From: Cyanobacteria bacterium HKST-UBA04
GTDB taxonomy: Bacteria; Cyanobacteriota; Vampirovibrionia; Vampirovibrionales; JAGQHJ01
Assembly (NCBI GenBank): GCA_020431915.1
Contig: JAGQHJ010000005.1
Span: 1,087 to 65,086 of the forward strand
Reading direction: 5' to 3'
DNA length: 64,000 nt
Shown here: in pieces, positions 46,969 to 56,415 of the stretch
Position numbering within the stretch: the stretch's first letter is position 1
Layout: each line of letters begins with the position of its first letter
Made by a program: the position numbers and the translations under genes
Notes under the pieces: generated by a model
What the model was told of the DNA's origin: nothing
Database searches by the model: none
Seen by the model: the letters and a program-made list of their open reading frames with translations, nothing else

Positions 46969-47499
46969 ATGGCCATTAATTCGTATGGAAATCCGTATAG
47001 CAACTATCAAGGGGATAGCCAGAACGGCTACGTCCCTGGGTTTTTACCGGGCGACGAGGATACCCTCGTTCAGCTTCCGGCCCCTACGCCTTCCGCTACC
47101 CCTAACTCTGCCCCGGCGCCAGCACCAGCGCCTAGTTATGCACCCCCACCACCGCCGTCGGGTTATGGCGAGGCCGGTTTGGAGTTGTCTAGCAGCATGT
47201 ATGCGTCTGGCAGCATGTACGAGACCGTGGTTTTTAATGACGGGTTTTATAACACCACCGCCCAGGCTAATGAGGCGCTCGATGCTTTGGAGCAGGCGGT
47301 CACCAGCGTTTGGTCGGGCGGCGGCTCCATAGACAACTTCCCGCCGCAACCCTACCCTATCGATGATCCGCTTGGCCCGTTACCGATGCCACTGTCGGAC
47401 CCGCCGTATAAAGCCCCTTTGCCGGTGTCGACAAACCCGGTTGATCCGATGGATCCGATCGACTTTTATCCGCCGCAATTGCCGTGGGATCCCAACTAG
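46969..47499 (+). CDS. hypothetical Pro-rich protein
   Basis: The ATG at 46969 has GAGGA 8 nt upstream, within ORF 46876..47499. The sequence is MAINSYGNPYSNYQGDSQNGY...APAPAPAPSYAPPPPPSGYG... with C-terminal PPQPYPIDDPLGPLPMPLSDPPYKAPLP. Confidence 0.55.
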   Translation: MAINSYGNPYSNYQGDSQNGYVPGFLPGDEDTLVQLPAPTPSATPNSAPAPAPAPSYAPPPPPSGYGEAGLELSSSMYASGSMYETVVFNDGFYNTTAQANEALDALEQAVTSVWSGGGSIDNFPPQPYPIDDPLGPLPMPLSDPPYKAPLPVSTNPVDPMDPIDFYPPQLPWDPN

Positions 47500-47607
47500 G
47501 GCGATCACGCGATTGCTTGTCCCTCCGCTCCTTACCCGGCTAAGAGCCAAGGGTAAGGGGTAGAGGCCAGGGGTATGAATACGCCCGTTTAGTTTTCCAT
47601 CTGTTAA

Positions 47608-47623
47608 AGAGAGAGAGAGAGAG
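47608..47623. repeat. (AG)8 microsatellite overlapping the Shine-Dalgarno region of the 47635 gene
   Basis: aaAGAGAGAGAGAGAGAGgatactgccttATG, read directly. Confidence 0.9.
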
Positions 47624-47634
47624 GATACTGCCTT

Positions 47635-49836
47635 ATGTCTGATTTATCCGGTATTAATAACGCCCTGAGCTATTTGGGCTTGGTGGTTGTTGATGTCAGT
47701 GCCCCTGCCAACCCGTCGGTAGGGGGGGCGCCCATATCCACGGTTTCGTCGGTGCCTACAATTACGTCGGCCCCAACGCCATCACCATCCGTCGATACCT
47801 TTGAACAGTCGAACCTGTTAGGGGTAACCCACCCTGCCTATGCCGGGTCGGTCGAGCCCTATCCGGATGCCCCCATGCCCGGTTATACCGACGGGTTACT
47901 GCAAAGCGTGGCCGGCGTGGCCGGTGCCCTGTTTGCTGAACCTGCTGAAAATCTGGCCAATGCCGTTATGATCGGTGCGCAAGCCATGTCAGAACTGGAG
48001 AACCAGACCCCGATACCACCCGAGCCCAGTTTTATAGATGATTTCTTCAGTAATCCCGTTGGCCAGTTCGCGCTTGAAACAGCAGAAATCACGGCCAATG
48101 TGGCAGTGGGCTTTGGTGAAGGCCTTGCCGATGGGGCTGGTAATATTGGTGGGGCTGTGGTCGATACGGCCACTGGAACCCTCGAAATGGCTGCGGAAGG
48201 CGTTGATTCGGTTCAAGCCGGTGTGGGTGTGGTGGTGCAAGCCACCGGTCAGGCGTTCTCACCTGCTGCACATGAGTTGGCTGGGTATGTTAATGACCAA
48301 GTGTATCCAGAGTTAGTAGAAGGCCTGCAGGCAACCTACGAGCAGGTTCAGGCGGATGCCCATTTTTCAACGACCGGTGGAGAAATTTTTGACACGGTTG
48401 TCGATGGATCCATTGATGGTCTGCAGGAGTTCAAGGACGACTCGAAGGCGTGGGGGGACGACTTCGAACAGGGTATTCGTGATGATGCCGCACAAGCTCG
48501 CGAAGAGGCCTTGGCCGATGGTCATATCGACACCCTTGAAGGGTTCGAGTTGGCTTACCATGGTGCCCTTCAGCAAGTGGGTAGTACGGTGGGCCTTGTA
48601 ACCGAAGACCCGCTTTTGGCTGGCGGTGCTGCCGTTGTTGCTGTTGCCGCAGGACCCGTTATAGGCCCTGCGCTTGAGACAGTAGGGTATAGTACCATTG
48701 CCATGGGGGCTACCGAAGGCCTGAATGACATTGTGCAGGGCATCGAAAACGACAACCCCGAGCAGATAGTCAATGGTGTTAACACGGCAAGTGCTTCGGC
48801 CTTTGATGGCTTTACTGAACTACTGGGTTCCATGTTTTTTAGGCCATTAGGCAGTGCGGACAACCTGGATGACGGGCTTCGTAGCGCCGATAATCTGGAT
48901 GACCTCGCTCACCTCGATAACGTTGATGATGCACGGCATGTGAATGATCCCGCCGACCCGGATTACTATCTCCGCGATGAAAACTATGCCGATAATGTGC
49001 CGAGTGGGACACCCGAGACGCCTGAACCTCACTTCTTTGAGGGCGAAATGCCCGAGGGCTACCGATTGGAGGGTGAGGGCGGCATGCCGTTTGATCCGAT
49101 GAATCCACATTCGACCAATCCCTTGGATGAGGCAGATGTACCGGAGGACTTTTGGAATGATCTTGATACCCCTCCAGCCAGTGGCGGCACACCTGCTGAT
49201 TCAGCACCGACACAGCGCCCTGAACCTGATAACCCTGATGCTTCAGATGTTTATACGAACTCTGGGGATGTCGATGGCCTTTCAGAGTTTCGCGAACAAA
49301 ATGCGTTTGATCCCCAGGACTATCAGAGGCCGACACCAGAGGGTCCCACAAGGCCCCCCGCTGATCCTGAACCGTCGAGCCAGTCGACCAGTAATTCCGA
49401 ATCGAACCCCGGCTTTGATGAGCCCGACCCGGCGGACATTAGCCTTGATGAGCCGACCCCTTTAAGTGGCCATAGCGATGATGCCGGCATTATGGATTTG
49501 CGCGACAACGAAGCCCTTGACGAAATGCGCCGCCAATACTTTGAAGGTGAAGCACCTGATAGCGCCAGCATGTTCGACAAGGTCGAATTTGATACCGATG
49601 ATCTGAATCACGCCCGATCAGAGGCCCCGGTGCCACTGGCAGATCCGCCCTCGTCAACCGCAACACCCGATGCCGATACATCCAGTACCTTTAACGGAGA
49701 ATATCAATACAACCCCGATGCAGGAACGACTCGAGGTCTTGAAGGGTCGGACAGGGAGGGCATCGACTTATCCCCTGAGGAGATAGAACAGCTTAGCCTG
49801 GAACTGGAGAGAGACCTCTTCGAGAATCCAGACTAA
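47635..49836 (+). CDS. large hyper-acidic hypothetical protein (733 aa), C-terminal half Asp/Glu/Pro-rich and probably disordered
   Basis: Long ORF with the RBS inside the AG repeat. The N-terminal half is Ala/Gly/Val-rich and helical-looking. It has an internal SADNLDD duplication. The C-terminal ~330 aa is dominated by D/E/P/S. No family recognised. Confidence 0.7.
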   Translation: MSDLSGINNALSYLGLVVVDVSAPANPSVGGAPISTVSSVPTITSAPTPSPSVDTFEQSNLLGVTHPAYAGSVEPYPDAPMPGYTDGLLQSVAGVAGALFAEPAENLANAVMIGAQAMSELENQTPIPPEPSFIDDFFSNPVGQFALETAEITANVAVGFGEGLADGAGNIGGAVVDTATGTLEMAAEGVDSVQAGVGVVVQATGQAFSPAAHELAGYVNDQVYPELVEGLQATYEQVQADAHFSTTGGEIFDTVVDGSIDGLQEFKDDSKAWGDDFEQGIRDDAAQAREEALADGHIDTLEGFELAYHGALQQVGSTVGLVTEDPLLAGGAAVVAVAAGPVIGPALETVGYSTIAMGATEGLNDIVQGIENDNPEQIVNGVNTASASAFDGFTELLGSMFFRPLGSADNLDDGLRSADNLDDLAHLDNVDDARHVNDPADPDYYLRDENYADNVPSGTPETPEPHFFEGEMPEGYRLEGEGGMPFDPMNPHSTNPLDEADVPEDFWNDLDTPPASGGTPADSAPTQRPEPDNPDASDVYTNSGDVDGLSEFREQNAFDPQDYQRPTPEGPTRPPADPEPSSQSTSNSESNPGFDEPDPADISLDEPTPLSGHSDDAGIMDLRDNEALDEMRRQYFEGEAPDSASMFDKVEFDTDDLNHARSEAPVPLADPPSSTATPDADTSSTFNGEYQYNPDAGTTRGLEGSDREGIDLSPEEIEQLSLELERDLFENPD

Positions 49837-49960
49837 TAATGCGGTCTGAACCGGTTTATGAGTTCATCCATACACAGCCCCGGGTTTCGGCTCGGGTGCT
49901 GTGTATGGGCTTTGAGTGGTTATGCAGGCAATTTGGCTGTGTTTTTGCGTTAATTAGGGT

Positions 49961-50728
49961 ATGACCCGTGACGTGGACCAAAAAAAGCCGCGAAAGGCCG
50001 ACAAAGCCGATAATGCGACCCTGCAGCGCCTGAACCAGTTTGTGGCCCAGCAGGGGCAATTGTCGCGGCGCAAGGCCGACGAGGCCATCATGGATGGCCG
50101 GGTAACGGTCAATGGCCGGCCCGCCGAAGTGGGACAGAAAGTGCACCCCCACCTCGACAAGATTTTTTTGGACAAACAGCCCCTGACCCTGCAAAAGCAG
50201 CAGTATGTGGTGTTCCACAAACCCAAGGGGGTGCTGACCACGGCCAGCGATCCCAAGGATCGTCAAACCATTTACGATGTGCTGCCCAATCAGTACAAGC
50301 ACCTGAAGCCCGCCGGCCGGCTCGATCGCAATACCAGTGGCCTGTTGATTCTGTCCAACGACGGCGATTTTTTGAACCACCTGATGCACCCCAGCTTTGG
50401 CCACAAAAAACTGTATCGGGTGACGGTGGACAAAAAACTGACCCGCACCGTCCTTGAACAACTGGAAGCCGGTGTCTGGTTCGAGGCCGAGCAGGTGCAT
50501 GCCAAGGCCGTGGTGGCGGAAATCCACGATGTGCACAAAATCGACCTCAGCCTGACGACAGGCTACAACCGCCAAGTGCGGCGGATGTTTGAGGCGCTGG
50601 GCTATACCGTGGTTACCCTGAAGCGCTTGGCCATTGGCCATGTACAACTGGGCAACCTGTCTCCTGGCCAGTGCCGTCCCCTAAGCCTGCGCGATCGGCA
50701 GGCCTTTTTACGTAAACAGCGCCAATAA
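49961..50728 (+). CDS. pseudouridine synthase, RsuA/RluB/RluE/RluF family (S4 domain + catalytic domain)
   Basis: S4 region (RLNQFVAQQGQLSRRKADEAIMDGRVTVNG) and catalytic motif GRLDRNTSGLLILSNDG. Confidence 0.88.
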   Translation: MTRDVDQKKPRKADKADNATLQRLNQFVAQQGQLSRRKADEAIMDGRVTVNGRPAEVGQKVHPHLDKIFLDKQPLTLQKQQYVVFHKPKGVLTTASDPKDRQTIYDVLPNQYKHLKPAGRLDRNTSGLLILSNDGDFLNHLMHPSFGHKKLYRVTVDKKLTRTVLEQLEAGVWFEAEQVHAKAVVAEIHDVHKIDLSLTTGYNRQVRRMFEALGYTVVTLKRLAIGHVQLGNLSPGQCRPLSLRDRQAFLRKQRQ

Positions 50729-50768
50729 AACAAACCCTAAAACAAACCATCACAGGTGGGTCTCGTGT

Positions 50769-51881
50769 ATGCAACGTGTATTAAGCGTTCCAAGTGTGTC
50801 TGTCTCTACTCCCCGTATTTTAGATCCCCATACTTTGGGTGTTTCAGGTCGTAACGGTTTAAGCCAACGCGTGGGCATGGGATGGCCCGGGCTTGGTGTG
50901 CCACAACCCAGCCTGCCAGGCTGGTCAATGCCCCAGGATTCTGTACAGTTTGGCTCGGCCAAGCCCGGTCTGGACGATCTGGTGGCCGAGCTCAAGCCGG
51001 TGGCATCTGGTGCCGAGGCGGCGATCCTGCAGGCCGTCGACGACCACTGCCTGAAGGTGTTTACCCACTACCCGAAAACCACCGATCTGCTGCCGCTGTT
51101 CGAGCGGGCCGGGGTTCAGGTGCTTCGTGCCAGCCAGGATGACACGGTGGCGAATTACCTGGATTTGCGCGATGCCCATGCTATGTATATCCATGTGACC
51201 CCGCCGGCCTTTCGCCCCCATTTGTTGGACGTGGCCCAGATAGAGCTGGCTTCGGACCCGGCGATTCTGACCTTTTTTAAGGCCCTTAACGCCAGCGACG
51301 TGCCGAGCCTGATCATCGACGATCGCCAGCCCTCCCTGGCGTTGGATAACCAGGTGCAGCACGAGTACATTCACCTGGCCCAGGAGCGCATGGGGTTGCA
51401 GCCGGCCGTCGGGCCCAGTGGCGATTTGGTTGGCGATGTTCGGGCCATGGGCGATGCCAATGAGCTGTTTTCCGCCATAGTATACGTGTACAACGAAATC
51501 GGGCCCCCCATTCTGGAGCTGGCATCGTCGTTGCGGCATGCGGCCAGTCAGCCGCCCGTACCTTATGAAGACCAGGTGGCTGCCCAGTTGAAAAATACCG
51601 GTGTACAGGAGCGCCAGGCCCATGGGTTCTTTTTGACCCATGCCGACCGCTTGGCTGTGGACCCCAGCATTACCAAGCTGTCGAGCGACTATGCCCCACT
51701 GTGGGACTTTGTGGCGGACAATGCCCACCTGACTGGCCTGCTGTGCCGTGACATGCACGAAGTTCGGGCGCTGGTGGAAGCCCATGCCGCCGGCAAGGAT
51801 GCCGCGTCGCAACCGCCGTCGTCACCACCCCCGTCTATGCCCGGTACGCAAGACGGCAATGCTCCAGACGGCAACGCTTAG
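50769..51881 (+). CDS. hypothetical protein with a single HExxH motif (HEYIH)
   Basis: 370-aa ORF containing DNQVQHEYIHLAQERMG and a Pro/Ser-rich C-terminus. No family recognised. Confidence 0.55.
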   Translation: MQRVLSVPSVSVSTPRILDPHTLGVSGRNGLSQRVGMGWPGLGVPQPSLPGWSMPQDSVQFGSAKPGLDDLVAELKPVASGAEAAILQAVDDHCLKVFTHYPKTTDLLPLFERAGVQVLRASQDDTVANYLDLRDAHAMYIHVTPPAFRPHLLDVAQIELASDPAILTFFKALNASDVPSLIIDDRQPSLALDNQVQHEYIHLAQERMGLQPAVGPSGDLVGDVRAMGDANELFSAIVYVYNEIGPPILELASSLRHAASQPPVPYEDQVAAQLKNTGVQERQAHGFFLTHADRLAVDPSITKLSSDYAPLWDFVADNAHLTGLLCRDMHEVRALVEAHAAGKDAASQPPSSPPPSMPGTQDGNAPDGNA

Positions 51882-52201
51882 GCGCGGCGTTTTATCACGA
51901 GCAGAACCGCTACTGCCCCCATCGCCCAAAACAAGGGGTGACGGCCCAGCTTGAGCAGAAACAGCCCGAGCAGGAGCAGGCCGCCCCATTTCAGCAGTTG
52001 GCCCATCCATGACGGGCTGTCGGGGTTGATCATCGGGTTGACGGGTGCTGCGTCGCGGAACGGCAGGCCGCAATGGCTGCAATAGGAAGCTTCGACCGGC
52101 TGTTTGGCCTGGCATTGGCTGCACAGCTTCTGGATACCATTCGGGCTGTGGGACGAAGCCTGATTGGTCTTGCTGGGCGGGGGTTGGGTGGCTTGAAACA
52201 T
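51878..52201 (-). CDS. zinc-ribbon domain membrane protein
   Basis: CSQC-x12-CSHC ribbon followed by two hydrophobic helices (GGLLLLGLFLL..., LFWAMGAVAVLLVI). Confidence 0.55.
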   Translation of the reverse strand: MFQATQPPPSKTNQASSHSPNGIQKLCSQCQAKQPVEASYCSHCGLPFRDAAPVNPMINPDSPSWMGQLLKWGGLLLLGLFLLKLGRHPLFWAMGAVAVLLVIKRRA

Positions 52202-52525
52202 TAAAACAGCCTTAAATTAAAGAATAAGGGCAAGTTTTTGGCGGCTTTTGGTGGATTTTCATAGAATTTTAAACCAAACTGGTCTAAATAATGGATGACA
52301 CTTGCCCGATACTTGTAAGAGACTGGCCCCATCGAGTAGAATGGAAGTGTGGGGGACCGCTGTAACAACAGTCCTGATTGCAGCCAAGCTGACCACAACC
52401 CTTGCCTCATCAAAAAAGTTTGCAAGTCGACTTCCAGGATAGATTGAGTGCCCTTTGTTACCATTGATTCGTTAACGTCAAGCGACTGTTTTTCATAAAG
52501 TCAAGCATAAGATACGGTTTAGCCC

Positions 52526-55069
52526 ATGTTTGAACGGTTTACTGAAAAAGCAATCAAGGTCATCATGCTGGCCCAGGAAGAAGCCCGTCGTTTGGGGCAT
52601 AACTTTGTGGGAACCGAGCAGATTTTGCTGGGCCTGATTGGTGAAGGTACAGGCATTGCGGCCAAGACCCTGAAGGGCATGGGCGTTAACTTGAAGGAGG
52701 CCCGAGCGGAAGTTGAGAAAATAATCGGCAGGGGCTCCGGGTTCGTGGCGGTCGAGATTCCCTTTACGCCACGGGCCAAGCGCGTGCTGGAATTAAGCTG
52801 GGACGAAGCCCGGCAGTTGGGCCATAACTACATTGGTACCGAGCATTTGTTGCTGGGCCTGATTCGCGAAGGCGAAGGCGTGGCGGCACGGGTGCTTGAA
52901 AACTTGGGTGTGGACTTGACCAAGGTTCGCAGCAACGTGATTCGTATGCTCGGCGAGACCCGAGGCAGCGCCGCAACGGCTGCTGCGCCCGGTCGAAGCA
53001 AGACGCCCACCCTGGACGAGTTTGCCGTAAACCTGACCCAGGCGGCGCAGGAGTTGCGCCTGGATCCTGTGGTGGGTCGCGAAAAAGAGATTGAGCGCGT
53101 GATCCAGATTCTGGGTCGCCGTACCAAGAACAACCCGGTGTTGATTGGCGAGCCTGGCGTGGGTAAAACCGCTATTGCCGAAGGCTTGGCCCAGAAAATT
53201 GTGCACAGTGACGTACCCGAGATTCTGTCGGACAAGAAGCTGGTGCAGTTGGATATTGGGTTGCTTGTGGCTGGTACCAAATACCGTGGCGAGTTCGAAG
53301 AACGCCTCAAGAAGGTTATGGACGAGATTCGCCAGGCCGGCAACATTATTTTGATTATTGACGAGCTGCACACCCTCATTGGGGCCGGTGCTGCCGAAGG
53401 CGCCATTGACGCGGCCAACATTCTTAAACCGGCCCTGAGCCGCGGCGAGCTGCAATGTATTGGGGCAACCACCATTGCCGAATACCGCAAGCACATTGAG
53501 AAGGACCCGGCCCTGGAACGTCGTTTTCAGCCGGTGTTTGTCGACGAGCCCAGTGTCGAGGAAACCATTGAGATTGTGCACGGGGTGCGTGAAAAATACG
53601 AGCAGCACCACAAGCTGACCATTACCGACGAAGCCGTTGAAACGGCGGCCGTGTTGTCGCACCGGTACATTACCGACCGGTTTTTGCCGGACAAGGCTAT
53701 CGACCTGATTGACGAGGCTTCAAGCCGGGTGCGCCTGGCCAGCTCCGTGCTGCCCCCCGAAGGCAAGGAACTGGAGCGCGAGCTCAAGGCCATTATTCGC
53801 GAAAAGGAACAAGCCATTCGCAACCAGGCTTTCGAGGAAGCCAGCGACCTGCGCGATAAGGAAGGCGAGCTGAAAGACAAGATCCGCGAAGTGTCCGAGG
53901 CTTGGAAAAAGGAGCAGGAAAAAGAAGAGCTGCAAGTGGTCGGTGAGGATATTGCCGATATTGTCAGCTCCTGGACCGGAATTCCTGTTGCTAAGCTGAC
54001 GGAAAGCGAAAGCGAGAAGCTCCTGAAAATGGAAGACATCTTGCACGAGCGCGTCATTGGCCAGCAGGATGCGGTGACAGCTATTTCCAAAGCCATTCGC
54101 CGGGCCCGTGTTGGTCTGAAGAACCCGAGCCGTCCCATCGGCAGCTTTATCTTTAGTGGTCCCACCGGTGTGGGTAAAACCGAGCTGGCCAAAACCCTGG
54201 CCGACTACTTCTTCGGCTCGGAAGAGAGCATGATCCGTATCGACATGTCCGAGTACATGGAGCGGCACACCGTCAGCAAGCTGATTGGTTCGCCCCCCGG
54301 CTACGTGGGCTATGGCGAAGGCGGTCACCTGACGGAGAGCGTTCGCCGCAAGCCATACAGCGTCGTGCTGTTTGACGAAATCGAGAAGGCCCACCCGGAC
54401 GTCTTCAACATGATGCTGCAGATCCTCGACGACGGGATGCTGACGGACAGCAAGGGCCGGACCGTCGACTTCAAGAACACCATTATCATCATGACCAGCA
54501 ACGTGGGTGCCCGCAATATTGAAAGCAACACCAGCGTTGGGTTTGCCGTGGAAGATGACGGCGATGCCGCCTATGAACGGATGAAGAGCAAGGTGATGGA
54601 TGAAATGAAACGGGTCTTCCGTCCCGAGTTCCTGAACCGCTTGGACGACACCATTATCTTCCACCAGCTGACCAAGGACGAGATTCGCGAGATCGTCGAC
54701 ATCATGGCCAAGAATCTGGTCGACCGGGTCGAAGATCAAGGCATGGCCCTGACCATCGAGGACGAAGTCAAGGATCTGCTGGCCAAGGAAGGATACAGCC
54801 CGTCCTATGGGGCTCGTCCGTTGCGCCGCGTCATCCAGAAGAAGATCGAGGACGAAGTCAGCGAGCTGATGCTGCTTGGCAAGTTCAAGGAAGGCGACCA
54901 CATTGTGGCCAAGGCCGAAAACGGCAAGATTGTTTTCGAAAAAGGCAAAAAGAAGCCCATTAAGCCCAAGAAGAAGCTGGCTCAAGGCCGGAAAGCTTCC
55001 CACTCCGGTGGTGGCTCGTCGGGTTCGCCTTCTTCAACCGGCGGCCGGGCCGAATCGCCTACGGCTTAG
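52526..55069 (+). CDS. clpC: ATP-dependent Clp protease ATP-binding subunit ClpC
   Basis: [41 protein letters not shown] start, duplicated Clp_N repeats, two AAA+ modules ([16 protein letters not shown]), and a UVR-like linker. There is an extra Lys- then Ser/Gly-rich C-terminal tail. Confidence 0.97.
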   Translation: MFERFTEKAIKVIMLAQEEARRLGHNFVGTEQILLGLIGEGTGIAAKTLKGMGVNLKEARAEVEKIIGRGSGFVAVEIPFTPRAKRVLELSWDEARQLGHNYIGTEHLLLGLIREGEGVAARVLENLGVDLTKVRSNVIRMLGETRGSAATAAAPGRSKTPTLDEFAVNLTQAAQELRLDPVVGREKEIERVIQILGRRTKNNPVLIGEPGVGKTAIAEGLAQKIVHSDVPEILSDKKLVQLDIGLLVAGTKYRGEFEERLKKVMDEIRQAGNIILIIDELHTLIGAGAAEGAIDAANILKPALSRGELQCIGATTIAEYRKHIEKDPALERRFQPVFVDEPSVEETIEIVHGVREKYEQHHKLTITDEAVETAAVLSHRYITDRFLPDKAIDLIDEASSRVRLASSVLPPEGKELERELKAIIREKEQAIRNQAFEEASDLRDKEGELKDKIREVSEAWKKEQEKEELQVVGEDIADIVSSWTGIPVAKLTESESEKLLKMEDILHERVIGQQDAVTAISKAIRRARVGLKNPSRPIGSFIFSGPTGVGKTELAKTLADYFFGSEESMIRIDMSEYMERHTVSKLIGSPPGYVGYGEGGHLTESVRRKPYSVVLFDEIEKAHPDVFNMMLQILDDGMLTDSKGRTVDFKNTIIIMTSNVGARNIESNTSVGFAVEDDGDAAYERMKSKVMDEMKRVFRPEFLNRLDDTIIFHQLTKDEIREIVDIMAKNLVDRVEDQGMALTIEDEVKDLLAKEGYSPSYGARPLRRVIQKKIEDEVSELMLLGKFKEGDHIVAKAENGKIVFEKGKKKPIKPKKKLAQGRKASHSGGGSSGSPSSTGGRAESPTA

Positions 55070-55298
55070 CGCTTTTTAGAACGATTTTTATGGAATGATG
55101 CCCGTTTATCCGGGCATCGTTGGGCTTGGGCAAGCGTATTGACTGCTTGAATTGGCCGCTTGAATCGGGCGGTGGCTTTTTGGTGCTGGGGGCGGCAGCG
55201 GCAGGGATAGAGAGGATGGTGACGCCGGCGTTGGTGGTGGTAAAATGACGGATAGGTGGCGGTGGTCCTGGCCACAACCAGCCTCTCCCCAACCATAA

Positions 55299-56318
55299 GT
55301 GACTTGTAAGGATGTTGATCTGCCCGTGAACCGTGCCAACGCCATTATGGCCGCCCTGGGAACCTATGCCCACCCTGAGGACGAGGATCAGTGGGTGCCG
55401 TTGCCCAAGCCCTCGTCTTCCGAGATGTTGTTGCCGGCCCCTGCCCTGCCCCTGCTGGTGCTGCTGGTCATTATCATGCCGCTGTGCCTGTTGACCGGCA
55501 AAAGCCTTTTCCTGCCGTTTCTGGAGTGGGTGATGTCGATTCTGATGCCCGTCAAGGTGGACATTAACTATGCCCCGTTTTCGGTGGTTCTGCTCATCAA
55601 GATAGGGCTTTACCTGGTGTTTTCGTTTCTGGGGGTGGTTTTGCTCGTGCTCAAGCTCAGCTACATTTACCATGAAACCTGGGCGGCCCACTACGAACGC
55701 CCGCCTCTGGCCCCGGAAAGCATGCACCCGCCGTATCATCCTACCCCCCGTGCCTCCATGAGGGCCCTGTTCCAATGGAACATCTTTCGGTTTGCCACCA
55801 TGACCGGCCCACCAATAGGGTTTGCCTTGTTGCTGTTTGCCATATTCCTGGCCGGTTACTGGGTGTTTGACTTTCTCAGCGGGTTTTTCCCCACCTTCGT
55901 GGTCTTGTCGGTGGGTATCTTCGCGTTCTTGGTGGTGGGGATGTATTTTGTCTGGCGTGCCTTCAAAGGGGTCTGGCAAGTGCTGACGACGTTGATGGGA
56001 GACGTGATTGCCACGACCGAGCCTGAGCAGCCGTGCGAGGTGATGGCCGACCGTGCCCGCGAGCTCAGTACGCTGGCTCCGTCAGGCATGTTTTTAATGG
56101 CGGCCTATGCCGTTTACCTGACGGTATTGATATGGGCCGTGCTGGCCTTGTTTGAGAACTGGGCCGTGTCGGATGTGCTGCGGTTCTCGCCATTGTTGTT
56201 TGAGATTTATGCGGCCACGATTTTCTTTGTCATTGCCGGTGTCATGCTCAATTACCTTAAGTTTGCGGCTTACCACGAAGCCTTGGGGCGGTTTTACCGG
56301 AATAACCTGAAGCAGTAA
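55299..56318 (+). CDS. hypothetical polytopic membrane protein
   Basis: 339-aa ORF with 7 or more hydrophobic helices. GTG start at 55299, with an alternative ATG at 55347. No family recognised. Confidence 0.55.
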   Translation: MTCKDVDLPVNRANAIMAALGTYAHPEDEDQWVPLPKPSSSEMLLPAPALPLLVLLVIIMPLCLLTGKSLFLPFLEWVMSILMPVKVDINYAPFSVVLLIKIGLYLVFSFLGVVLLVLKLSYIYHETWAAHYERPPLAPESMHPPYHPTPRASMRALFQWNIFRFATMTGPPIGFALLLFAIFLAGYWVFDFLSGFFPTFVVLSVGIFAFLVVGMYFVWRAFKGVWQVLTTLMGDVIATTEPEQPCEVMADRARELSTLAPSGMFLMAAYAVYLTVLIWAVLALFENWAVSDVLRFSPLLFEIYAATIFFVIAGVMLNYLKFAAYHEALGRFYRNNLKQ

Positions 56319-56415
56319 AGAGGCAATTTATCCGGTTCAGGGGGGTTCATGGGGGTATACCCTTTCCTTGCGCAGCGTATTCACAGCAGCGTATATACAG
56401 TGGAGCCCCCGATTG

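Noticed and set aside
47299-47330. WXG motif (VTSVWSGGGS) suggesting a WXG100/type VII secretion substrate
   Set aside because: The protein is 176 aa with a Pro-rich N-terminus and lacks the ~100-aa helix-turn-helix hairpin architecture. No EssC/EccC-like ATPase is nearby. A three-residue match is not meaningful.
52201-52464. 87-aa minus-strand ORF in the clpC leader
   Set aside because: It lies in low-GC non-coding-looking sequence and has no RBS. Its composition is atypical for this genome and it fills the promoter/leader of clpC.
52477-52506. CtsR operator upstream of clpC
   Set aside because: CtsR sites are tandem GGTCAAA heptads separated by 3 nt and are known from Firmicutes. Here the heptamers are GTCAAGC and lie 23 bp apart in a cyanobacteria-like genome. 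I kept this only as a generic direct-repeat observation.
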